Source: an uncultured Actinomycetota bacterium (GTDB lineage Bacteria > Actinomycetota > Actinomycetes > Actinomycetales > Dermatophilaceae). From it: a stretch of DNA of 64,000 nt. The position numbers and the translations under genes were made by a program. Shown in pieces: positions 11,295 through 22,607 of this stretch. The stretch lies in contig CAWAKY010000011.1 in the NCBI GenBank assembly GCA_963782695.1, positions 6,668 through 70,667 of the forward strand. The letters run 5' to 3'. How positions within the stretch are numbered: position 1 is the stretch's first letter; the number at the start of each line of letters is the position of its first letter. Below the pieces are notes generated by a model. That model saw nothing but the letters and a program-made list of their open reading frames with translations, was not told where the DNA came from and made no database searches.

Positions 11295-12375
11295 ATGAGG
11301 GGTTCGGTACCGCCTACGATGCGGATTGGTGAGCTCGCCGCGAAGGTGGGCGTCAGCACCCACGTCCTGCGGGCGTGGGAGAGTCGCTACGGCCTGCTGG
11401 TGCCGGTCCGCTCGGCCGGTGGCTACCGGCTCTACGGGCACGAGGACGAGCGCCGGGTGCGCGAGGTCATCGCCCTGCGCGACCAGGGCGTCAGCGCCGC
11501 CGAGGCCTCCCGCCGGGTGCTCGCCGCCGAGCGCGGCGGCTCCCCCGGGTACGACGACGAGCACGACGACGGCTCCGACGGCACGCGGTGGCGCGAGCGC
11601 CGGCCGCGGCGGCGGGCGCGGCGGCACGGCATCCGGTGCGGGGTCGAACGACGGCTCGGCGCCCCTGGGGCTGCGGGCCGACCCCCCGATGCTCGTCGCC
11701 CAGCTGCTCGACGCCGTGACCGCCCTCGACGAGGACCGCGCCCACGCCGTGCTCGACACCGCCTTCGTCGAGCGCTCGATCGAGAGCGCCATCATCGACG
11801 TGCTGCTGCCGCTGTTCGTGCGGGTCGGCGAGATGTGGGAGCTCGGCCGCATCGGCATCGCCCAGGAGCACTTCGCCAGCAGCCTCGTGCGCCGCCGGCT
11901 CGGGGCGCTCTCGCTCACCTGGGGCGTCGGCACCGGCCCGGTCGCGGTGCTCGCCTGCCCGCCCGGCGAGTTCCACGACATCGTGCTGCTCAGCTTCGGG
12001 GTGCTGCTCGGGCGGGCCGGGTGGCGCATCCGCTACCTCGGCCCCGACACCCCCATCCACTCGCTCGCGGCGGCGGCCCGGCTCACCCAGGCGGATGCCG
12101 TCGTGCTCGCCTGCCGCCGGCCGTCCGGTTTCCGCGGGCACGCGTCGGCGCTGCGCCGGCTCAGCGAGGACCACCCGGTGTGGATCGCCGGTCGGGGTGC
12201 GACCCCGCGGGTGCTCGAGGAGGTCGGCGTGCCGAACCTCGGCGGCGACCTGATCGGGGCGGTCGCCGAGCTCACCGCGACGGCGCGGGCCCGCCGGGCC
12301 GCGAACCCGCGCGCCGGTGGCGCGCGGGTGAGCGAGCCATCCGGTGCCAAGGGTGGCGCCGAACCCACGGCATGA
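11295..12375 (+). CDS. MerR-family regulator with a cobalamin-binding domain (CarH/LitR-like), frameshifted
   Basis: MRIGELAAKVGVSTHVLRAWESRYGLLVPVRSAGGYRLY HTH; Wx9EH motif (WELGRIGIAQEH); PPGEFHDI and YLGPDTP B12-domain motifs. Confidence 0.9.
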
Positions 12376-12479
12376 CGCTGACCGACCCCCGCTGCCCGTC
12401 CCGCGCCACCGGCGCCGACCCGCGCGGGGGTGGGTGGTCCCCGGGTGGCATCCGGACCCCGGCCCGGACCGGCGCGGTG

Positions 12480-13285
12480 ATGCTCGCGACCCTCGGTGCC
12501 GTCGTCGCGGCATCCCTCGCCACCGCCGCGGTCGCGATGGTGGTGACCGCGCTCGTGGCCCGGCGGCGCGGCACGGTGAGCGTCGTCGACATCACCTGGG
12601 GGCTGGTGTTCGTCGCGATCGGGTGGGTGTCGTTCGTCGTGGGCACCGGGTCGGGGCGCTCGCTGCTGCTGGCCGTGCTCGTGACGGTGTGGGGCGGGCG
12701 GCTGGCCTGGCACATCCGGCGGCGGGCCCTCGGGGCGGGCGAGGACCCGCGCTACGAGGCGCTGCTCGCGGGTGCACCGCCCGGGAAGCGGTTCGGGTAC
12801 GCCGTGCGCAAGGTGTTCGTGGTGCAGGGGCTGGCGGCGTGGTTCGTGTCGCTGCCGCTGCAGGTGGCGGCGGCGACCGACCGGCCGCTGGGCTGGATCG
12901 CGGCGGCCGGGGTGGTCGTGTGGCTGGTCGGCGTGACCTTCGAGGGCGTGGGCGACGCGCAGCTGGCGGCGTTCAAGCGCGACCCGGCGAACCGCGGCGG
13001 CGTGATGGACCGGGGGCTGTGGGCCTGGACCCGGCACCCGAACTACTTCGGCGACGCGGCCGTGTGGTGGGGCCTGTGGCTGGTGGCGGCCGAGGCCTGG
13101 CCCGGGGTGCTCACCGTGCTCTCGCCGGTGGTGATGACGTACTTCCTGGCCTTCGCGACCGGGGCGCGGCTGCTCGAGTCGCAGATGGCGAAGCGCCCGG
13201 GCTACCCCGAGTACATGGAGCGCACGAGCATGTTCTTCCCGCGCCGCCCCGCGAGCGCCGCTCGTCGCCGTCGTGCAGGGACGCG

Positions 13286-13290
<5 letters not shown>
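12480..13290 (+). CDS. DUF1295 family (steroid 5-alpha-reductase-like) membrane protein; 3' end approximate
   Basis: VVDITWG, GEDPRY, GDAQLAAFK and GLWAWTRHPNYFGD. Confidence 0.9.
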
Positions 13291-16168
<2,878 letters not shown>

Positions 16169-16205
16169 TGACGTCGCGGTTGGGGGCTGGGGCAGGATTG
16201 CCGGT

Positions 16206-17408
16206 ATGCCGCTCGACGTCGCCTCGGTCCGTGCCCACTTCCCCGCCCTCACCGAGGGGGCCGCGCACTTCGACGGCCCCGGCGGCAGCCAGACGCCCGA
16301 CGTCGTCGGCCGGGCGGTCGCCGACACCCTGACCAGCGCGATCTCGAACCGCGGCACGGTCACCGCCTCCGAGCGGCGCGCCGAGCAGGTCGTCACCGAC
16401 TGCCGCGCCGCCCTCGCCGACCTGCTCGGGGCCGACCCGCGCGGCATCGTGTTCGGCCGCAGCGCCACCTCGCTCACCTACGACCTGGCCCGCGCGCTGG
16501 CGAAGGACTGGGGCCCCGGCGACGAGGTCGTCGTCACCCGCCTCGACCACGACGCGAACATCCGGCCGTGGGTGCAGGCCGCCGAGGCGGTCGGTGCCAC
16601 CGTGCGGTGGGTCGACTTCGACCCCGCCACCGGCGAGCTGTCGGCGGATGCCGTGGCGGCCGCGCTCTCCGAGCGCACCCGGCTCGTCGCCACCACGGGC
16701 GCCTCGAACCTGATCGGCACCCGCACGCCGGTCTGCCGGGTGGCCGACCTCGCCCACGAGGTGGGCGCCCTGCACTGGGTCGACGGGGTGCACGCCACCG
16801 CCCACGCCTCGGTCGACCTCGCGGCGCTGCGGGCCGACTTCTGGACCTGCTCGCCCTACAAGTTCATGGGCCCGCACTGCGGCGTGCTCGCCGCCGACCC
16901 GGCGCTGCTCGAGACCCTGCACCCCGACAAGCTGCTGCCGTCGACGGATGCCGTGCCCGAGCGGTTCGAGCTCGGCACCCTCCCCTACGAGCTGATGGCC
17001 GGCACGACCGCCGCCGTCGACTTCATCGCGACCCTCGACGACACCGGGGCGGGCTCGACCCGGCGGGAGCGGATCGAGCTCGGGATGAAGGCCGTGCACG
17101 CCCACGAGCGCGCGCTGCTCGACGTGCTGGAGCCCGCCCTGCGCGCGATGAACGGGGTGACCGTGCACAGCAACGCGCGCTCGCGCACACCTACCCTCCT
17201 GTTCACGGTGGCGGGTCGCGACCCGCAGGAGATCCGTGGGCGGCTCGCCGAGCGCGGCGTCAACGCACCGGCCGGGCACTTCTACGCCATCGAGTGCTCC
17301 CGCCACCTGGGCCTGGGCGACAGCGGCGGCGTGCGCGTCGGGCTCGCGCCGTACACGTCGGCGGACGACATCGACCGCCTCGTCACCGGCCTGACCGAGA
17401 TCGTCTGA
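16206..17408 (+). CDS. Cysteine desulfurase-like protein (class V aminotransferase, VC1184-like subfamily)
   Basis: FDGPGGSQTP, RLDHDANIRPW, CSPYKFMGPH (PLP lysine) and RFELGTLPYE. Confidence 0.92.
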   Translation: MPLDVASVRAHFPALTEGAAHFDGPGGSQTPDVVGRAVADTLTSAISNRGTVTASERRAEQVVTDCRAALADLLGADPRGIVFGRSATSLTYDLARALAKDWGPGDEVVVTRLDHDANIRPWVQAAEAVGATVRWVDFDPATGELSADAVAAALSERTRLVATTGASNLIGTRTPVCRVADLAHEVGALHWVDGVHATAHASVDLAALRADFWTCSPYKFMGPHCGVLAADPALLETLHPDKLLPSTDAVPERFELGTLPYELMAGTTAAVDFIATLDDTGAGSTRRERIELGMKAVHAHERALLDVLEPALRAMNGVTVHSNARSRTPTLLFTVAGRDPQEIRGRLAERGVNAPAGHFYAIECSRHLGLGDSGGVRVGLAPYTSADDIDRLVTGLTEIV

Positions 17409-17426
17409 CACAGAACGGAACTCACC

Positions 17427-18265
17427 ATGGCACGCACGACCACGACCCCGTCCTCGTCACCGGCTGCTCCACCGGCATCGGCCGCGCCGCCGCCGAGGCC
17501 CTGCTCGCCCGGGCCACACCGTGTGGGCCACCGCCAGGCGCCCCGAGACGCTGGCCGACCTCGCCGCCAAGGGTGCCCACGTGACGGCGCTCGACGTGAC
17601 CGACGAGGCGTCGATGTCCGCGGCGGTCGCCGAGGTCGAGGCCGCGCACGGCGCGGTCGGCGCCCTCGTCAACAACGCCGGGTACGGCGAGTACGGCGCG
17701 GTCGAGGAGGTCGCCATGGACAAGGTGCGCGCCATGTTCGAGACCAACGTCTTCGGGCTGGCCCGGATGTGCCAGCTCGTCCTCCCCGGGATGCGCGCCG
17801 CCGGCCGCGGTCGCATCGTCAACCTCAGCTCGATGGGCGGGCGGATGACCTTCCCGCTCGGGGGCTACTACCACGCGACGAAGTACGCCGTGGAGGCGCT
17901 GAGCGACGCCCTCCGGGTCGAGGTCAAGCCGTTCGGGGTGCAGGTCGTCGTCATCGAGCCGGGGGTCACCCGCAGCGGGTTCGAGGAGACGATCAGCGCG
18001 TCCGACGCGCTCGCCGTCCCACGACGACTCCCCCTACGCCGCGATGCGCGCGTCGGTCGCCGAGGGCAACAGCGCGGCCTACGCCAACCCGCGGCTGTCG
18101 GCGTCCGCCGAGAGCGTGGCGCAGACCCTCGTCAAGGCCGTCGAGGCCGACCGTCCCCGCACCCGCTACCTGCTCACCCCGGCCGCCCGAGCCATGGTGA
18201 CCGCCCGGGCCGTCGGCGGCGACCGGGTCTGGGACGGCCTCGTGACGCGCCAGTTCGGCCTCTGA
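17427..18265 (+). CDS. Short-chain dehydrogenase/reductase
   Basis: VLVTGCSTGIG, VNNAG, YHATK (YxxxK) and IEPG. Confidence 0.92.
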
Positions 18266-19322
18266 TGGTCGCGCTCCTCGAGCCGCTCGAGGCGCCGGTC
18301 CACCCGATCGAGGCCCTGCGCCGGGTCGCGTTCCTGCTCGAGCGCACCCGCGCCGGCACCTACCGGGTCGAGGCCTTCCGCAACGCGGTCAAGACGCTCA
18401 AGCCGCTCGACGCGGCCGAGCTGCGCGAGCGCGCCGAGGCCGGCACCCTCCAGGAGATCCCCGGCATCGGGAAGTCGACGAGCGGGGTCATCGCGGAGGC
18501 CCTGGCCGGCGAGCTGCCCGCGTACCTCGGCCTCGCTGCAGGAGAAGTCGGGCGGGCCGCTCGTCGACGGGCGGCGAGCAGATGTACGCCGCGCTGCGCG
18601 GCGACTGCCACCTGCACTCCGACTGGAGCGACGGCGGCAGCCCCATCGACGAGATGGTGCTGACCGGCATCGAGCTGGGCCACGAGTGGCTCGTGCTCAC
18701 CGACCACAGCCCCCAGCTGCGGGTGGCCAACGGGCTGACCGTCGAGCGGCTGACCCAGCAGATCGGCATCGTCGAGGCCATCGACCGCTCGCTCGGCGGG
18801 TCGTTCCGGCTGCTCAAGGGCATCGAGGTCGACATCCTCGACGACGGCGGCCTCGACCAGACCGATGCCATGCTCGCCCGCCTCGACCTCGTCACGGCAT
18901 CCGTGCACAGCAAGCTGCGGATGAACGGCGGGCCGATGACCACGCGGATGGTCAACGCCGTCAGCAACCCGCGGGTCAACGTGCTGGGCCACTGCACCGG
19001 CCGGCTCGTCGAGGGCTCGCGCGGCACCCGGCCGCAGTCCGACTTCGACGCCCGGGCCGTGTTCGAGGCGTGCGCCGAGCACGACACCGCGGTCGAGATC
19101 AACAGCCGCCCCGAGCGGTGCGACCCGCCCGACGAGCTCGTGCTCCTCGCGCTCGAGATCGGCTGCCTGTTCGCGATCGACTCCGACGCGCACGCGCCGG
19201 GCCAGCTCGACATGAAGGCCTACGGCTGCGAGCGCGCCGAGCGGCTCGGCGTGCCGGCGGAACGCATCGTCACCACGTGGGATGCCGACCGGCTGCTCGC
19301 CTGGGCGAACCCCGGCCGCTGA
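18265..19322 (+). CDS. PHP-domain protein with an N-terminal PolX-like HhH segment
   Basis: YRVEAFRNA...IPGIGKST, then DCHLHSDWSDG, TDHS, EINSRPER and DSDAH. Confidence 0.88.
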
Positions 19323-19325
19323 CCC

Positions 19326-19955
19326 TCAGGCGGTGCGCCGGCCGCGGCCGTCGAGGTCGGCGCGCAGGGCGCGCGACGTCGACGCCGAGCGTGCGCGAGC
19401 AGCATCCGCACGGCCTCGTCGTCGGTGCGCAGCACGGCCAGGGCGATGTGCTCGCTGCGGATCTCGCGGGAGTGCATCGCGGATCGCCTCGCGCAGCGAC
19501 AGCTCGAGCACCTTCTTGGCGCCGCGGCCGAACCGGACGCGACCGCCCAGCCCGAGGCGTCGACGGGCACGGCGGGTCGGCTCGTCGTCGAGGTCGGCGT
19601 GCTCGTCGCGCTCGGCGGGCGGCCGACGGCCGCGCCCGTCGAGGGCGCCCTCGCCGAACTGCGCGTCGACGGCCTCGCGGATGGCGTCGAGGTCGATGCC
19701 GAGCGAGCGCAGCGCCGCCGCGTCGTCCTCGCGCGAGCGGCGTCGGCGGCGGCGGGCCGCGGGGCACCCAGGGCGGCGCTCACGGCATCCTCGGTGACGC
19801 CGTGGGCGGCGAGCAGGTCGCGGGCACCGCTGCCCTCCTCGGTGAGGGCGAGGAGGAGGTGGACCGGGCGCACCTCGTCGGCGTCGAGGGCTCGTGCACA
19901 GGTCGATGCTGGTGACGACGACGGCGCGGGCGTCACGCGTGAAGCGTTCGAACAC
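19326..19955 (-). CDS. Stand-alone Clp N-terminal domain protein
   Basis: VFERFTRDARAVV, HLLLAL, GIDLDAIR, AKKVLELSLREA and EHIALA. Confidence 0.85.
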   Translation of the reverse strand: MFERFTRDARAVVVTSIDLCTSPRRRRGAPGPPPPRPHRGGQRCPRPARRPRRHRGCRERRPGCPAARRRRRRSREDDAAALRSLGIDLDAIREAVDAQFGEGALDGRGRRPPAERDEHADLDDEPTRRARRRLGLGGRVRFGRGAKKVLELSLREAIRDALPRDPQRAHRPGRAAHRRRGRADAARARSASTSRALRADLDGRGRRTA

Positions 19956-19957
19956 GG

Positions 19958-20170
19958 TTACCTCCGGGCGTGCTTGCGGTGGACGGTCTGCTTGGTGACG
20001 CCGAGCGCGTCGGCGATCTCCTGCCACGACCAGCCCTTGGCGCGGGCGTTGCGGACGTGCAGGGTCTCGAGCTGGTCGAGCAGGCGGCCCAGCGCGGCGA
20101 CGGCTCGCAGGCCGACCGTGGGGTCGGTGCTGTCGAGGTCGCCCGCGAGGTCGGTGGCGGTTCTCGTCAT
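19958..20170 (-). CDS. Small HTH protein paired with the Clp-N gene
   Basis: DPTVGLRAVAAL...ARAKGWSWQEIADALGVTKQTVHRKH. Confidence 0.88.
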   Translation of the reverse strand: MTRTATDLAGDLDSTDPTVGLRAVAALGRLLDQLETLHVRNARAKGWSWQEIADALGVTKQTVHRKHARR

Positions 20171-20173
20171 GCC

Positions 20174-20219
20174 CGTCAGCATATGCTGACGCACTGCCAG
20201 GCGTCAACACATGCTGACG
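20174..20219. promoter_or_regulatory. Two 18-bp palindromic operators upstream of the HTH gene
   Basis: CGTCAGCATATGCTGACG (20174-20191, perfect) and CGTCAACACATGCTGACG (20202-20219). Confidence 0.7.
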
Positions 20220-20359
20220 AAACTGGCGGCCGGAGAGCACGCCGACCGGCGCCGGCATCCCCGTTTTGGTGAGGCCGCGAGGTGTCCCCTATGCTTTCGG
20301 AGTCCTCGACGGATCCGAGCGCTGCGCGCTGCGCGACCTTGAGGCCCGGTCGAGGTCGG

Positions 20360-20432
20360 GTCCCCATCGTCTAGCGGCCTAGGACCCCGCCCTTTCACGG
20401 CGGTAGCACGGGTTCGAATCCCGTTGGGGATA
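20360..20432 (+). tRNA. tRNA-Glu(TTC)
   Basis: GTCCCCA/TGGGGAT acceptor stem, anticodon loop CTTTCAC, T-loop GGTTCGAATCC. Confidence 0.96.
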
Positions 20433-20454
20433 CGTTAGGCAAGGCCTTTAACAA

Positions 20455-20528
20455 GGCCCCGTAGCGCAGTTGGTTAGCGCGCCGCCCTGTCACGGCGGAG
20501 GTCGCGGGTTCGAGTCCCGTCGGGGTCG
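20455..20528 (+). tRNA. tRNA-Asp(GTC)
   Basis: GGCCCCGTAGCGCAGTTGG..., anticodon loop CTGTCAC, GGTTCGAGTCCC. Confidence 0.97.
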
Positions 20529-20576
20529 CTCCGAGAAGGAGCGGTCGGTTCACCCGACCGTTTTCGTCTCTGGTCC

Positions 20577-20650
20577 GGCCAGGTAGCTCAGTTGGTACGA
20601 GCGTCCGACTGAAAATCGGAAGGTCGGCGGTTCGACCCCGCCCCTGGCCA
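20577..20650 (+). tRNA. tRNA-Phe(GAA)
   Basis: GGCCAGGTAGCTCAGTTGG..., anticodon loop CTGAAAA, GGTTCGACCCC. Confidence 0.97.
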
Positions 20651-20657
20651 CCGGAAC

Positions 20658-20686
20658 AGCCGCAGCCCGACACCGGGCTGCGGCTT
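20658..20686 (+). terminator. Intrinsic terminator-like hairpin after the tRNA cluster
   Basis: AGCCGCAGCCCG-ACAC-CGGGCTGCGGCT stem followed by TCGTCGTT. Confidence 0.65.
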
Positions 20687-20719
20687 CGTCGTTCCGGTCG
20701 GTCCGTGCCTCCAGGTGCC

Positions 20720-21217
20720 TCAGTCGTCGTCGTGGTCGCCCATCGCCGAGGCGATGTAGACGGCCCGGTTGCCGGCGGGCTGGATCAGCACGCACGGGGT
20801 CCTCGCAGCGGCGGGTGCCGGCGATCCGTGTCGGAGGTGGAGCCGTCGCCGGCGGTGCTCAGCGCGAAGGGTGCCGTCGACGACCGTCACCATGTCGTCG
20901 CAGACCAGGGTCGCGACCACGGAGGCGATCGGGTTGGTGTTGGTGCCCCGCGGCGGCGGGATGACCAGGCCGGTGATCGACACCATGATCCGGCCGTCCT
21001 CACGCACCCGGGCGCTGCTCGGCCCGTTGACCCACGGGGCGCCGCCGGGGTTGATGCCCGCGATCTGCGGGCTGTCCGGTGCCGGCATGCTGCCGACCAG
21101 GTCGGCCCGCAGGATGCTGTGCCCGCTGGCGAGGGCGGGGCTCGCGGTCAGGGCCAGCGCGGCGATCGCGGCCACGGCAGTGGCGGGGATCAGGCGGCTC
21201 GTTCGGGTCAGGTTCAT
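20720..21217 (-). CDS. Secreted hypothetical protein
   Basis: Signal peptide ending ASPALA; IAGINPGGAPW and GLVIP; two Cys near the C-terminus. Confidence 0.7.
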   Translation of the reverse strand: MNLTRTSRLIPATAVAAIAALALTASPALASGHSILRADLVGSMPAPDSPQIAGINPGGAPWVNGPSSARVREDGRIMVSITGLVIPPPRGTNTNPIASVVATLVCDDMVTVVDGTLRAEHRRRRLHLRHGSPAPAAARTPCVLIQPAGNRAVYIASAMGDHDDD

Positions 21218-21384
21218 GGTTCTCGCCTCTCGCGCGGACTTGGCTGAGCCGCCACCTGGCGCGACGGCCCCGATTCCTGTCACACGGCGCCCGGCAGGCC
21301 GGTCGGTTCACCCGCGCGGCGACCCACCCCGGTCGCGCGAGGCGGCCGGGGTGGGTCGTGGGCGGGGCGAGCGGATGCCGTGGG

Positions 21385-22138
21385 TCAGGCGGCGAGCTCG
21401 GCGACGGCTGCGGGCCGGAAGCCCTTGAAGGTCATGTAGAAGCCGACCGACAGCTCCCAGGCCGCGATCGGGAGGGTGGCGAGCATGGTCAGCGAGCCGG
21501 TCTGGGTGGTTTGGCCGAAGAAGGTCAGCAGGTTCGCGGTGAGCAGCAGCGGGGCGCCGATCAGGCCGATCGTGGGGATGATGCGGGGCACCAGGCGCGA
21601 GCGGTACAGCAGGGTGCCGAAGAGGAGCGCGTTGAGGCAGGCCATGAAGCCCGGGCCGAGCAGGAAGGTCCAGTCGCGGCCGGTGACCAGGGCCTGGCCG
21701 GTCGTGGTCAGCGCGGACGGCGTCGGCGGACGCGGTGCCGGCGAGGTCCTGCCGCAGGGCCACGACGGTGAGCAGGGCGACGACGCCGATCAGGATGACG
21801 GCCGCCTCGACCATGCGGGACATGACGAACCCCAGCGCCAGGGACTCGTTGACGCGCTTGACGACGGGGAAGACCGCGACGGCGCTGCCGATGCCGGCCA
21901 GGGCGTTGACGAAGTCGAGGAGGCAGGCCCACAGCACCTGGGTGTCGTGGCCGGCGCCGACGATGTAGCCGGGGTCGCTCAGGACGGGGTCGAGCAGCAG
22001 CAGGGCGGGGATGGAGGCGGCGAAGGTCAGCAGGTAGAAGATGCCGCCGGCGCGGGCGTAGTTGCGGCCGTGTGTTGCGGCGGCGGGGTCGCGCCGGGTC
22101 GTGCCGGTGGTGGCGGACGGTGCGGTCGTGGTGGTCAT
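21385..22138 (-). CDS. DUF4386 family membrane protein
   Basis: AGGIFYLLTF...LALGFVMSRMVEA...LLYRSRLVPR...WELSVG...KGF. Confidence 0.85.
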
Positions 22139-22431
22139 GTCGGTTCTCCGTGTCGGTGTCGTGCGGGGGTGGGTGCGTGGTGCATGGCGGCCTGGTCGGG
22201 TTCGACCCGGGCGACCGAGATCAGCGGCAGGCCGAGGTCGCGGAGCCTGGCCAGCAGCCCGTGGAGGGCGGCCTGGTCGACGACGCGGCCGGTGAGGACG
22301 GTGGTGCCGTCGCCGTCGGGCGTGAGGTCCATGCCGTCGAGCCAGGCGGACCACCGCGGGTCGAGGCGCCCCTGGAGGCGGATCTCGTACCAGCCGGGTC
22401 GTGCGGCTGGCGGTGGCGCTGCGTGGGTCAT
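22135..22431 (-). CDS. Small conserved hypothetical protein (YEIRxxGxL...DQAALHGLL type)
   Basis: YEIRLQGRLDPRWSAWLDG...VDQAALHGLLARLRDLGLPLISV; AGGAGG RBS. Confidence 0.8.
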   Translation of the reverse strand: MTHAAPPPAARPGWYEIRLQGRLDPRWSAWLDGMDLTPDGDGTTVLTGRVVDQAALHGLLARLRDLGLPLISVARVEPDQAAMHHAPTPARHRHGEPT

Positions 22432-22607
22432 GGTGGCTCCTCCTGCCGGTGCGGGACGGTTCGCCGGGGTGCTGGCGGGTCGTCGTGATGCCGGCAACGT
22501 AGGAAGCGGAGGTGATGAGCCGTCGTCATCAGGTGTGATGAGTGGGCTGATGAATTCTCGGCGCTCGTCACCGCGCCGAGGCCGGTGCGCGCCGGGCCGC
22601 GCCGCGG

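Noticed and set aside
20577-20720. Prophage or ICE attachment at tRNA-Phe
   Set aside because: No integrase and no duplicated tRNA 3' end found in the window.
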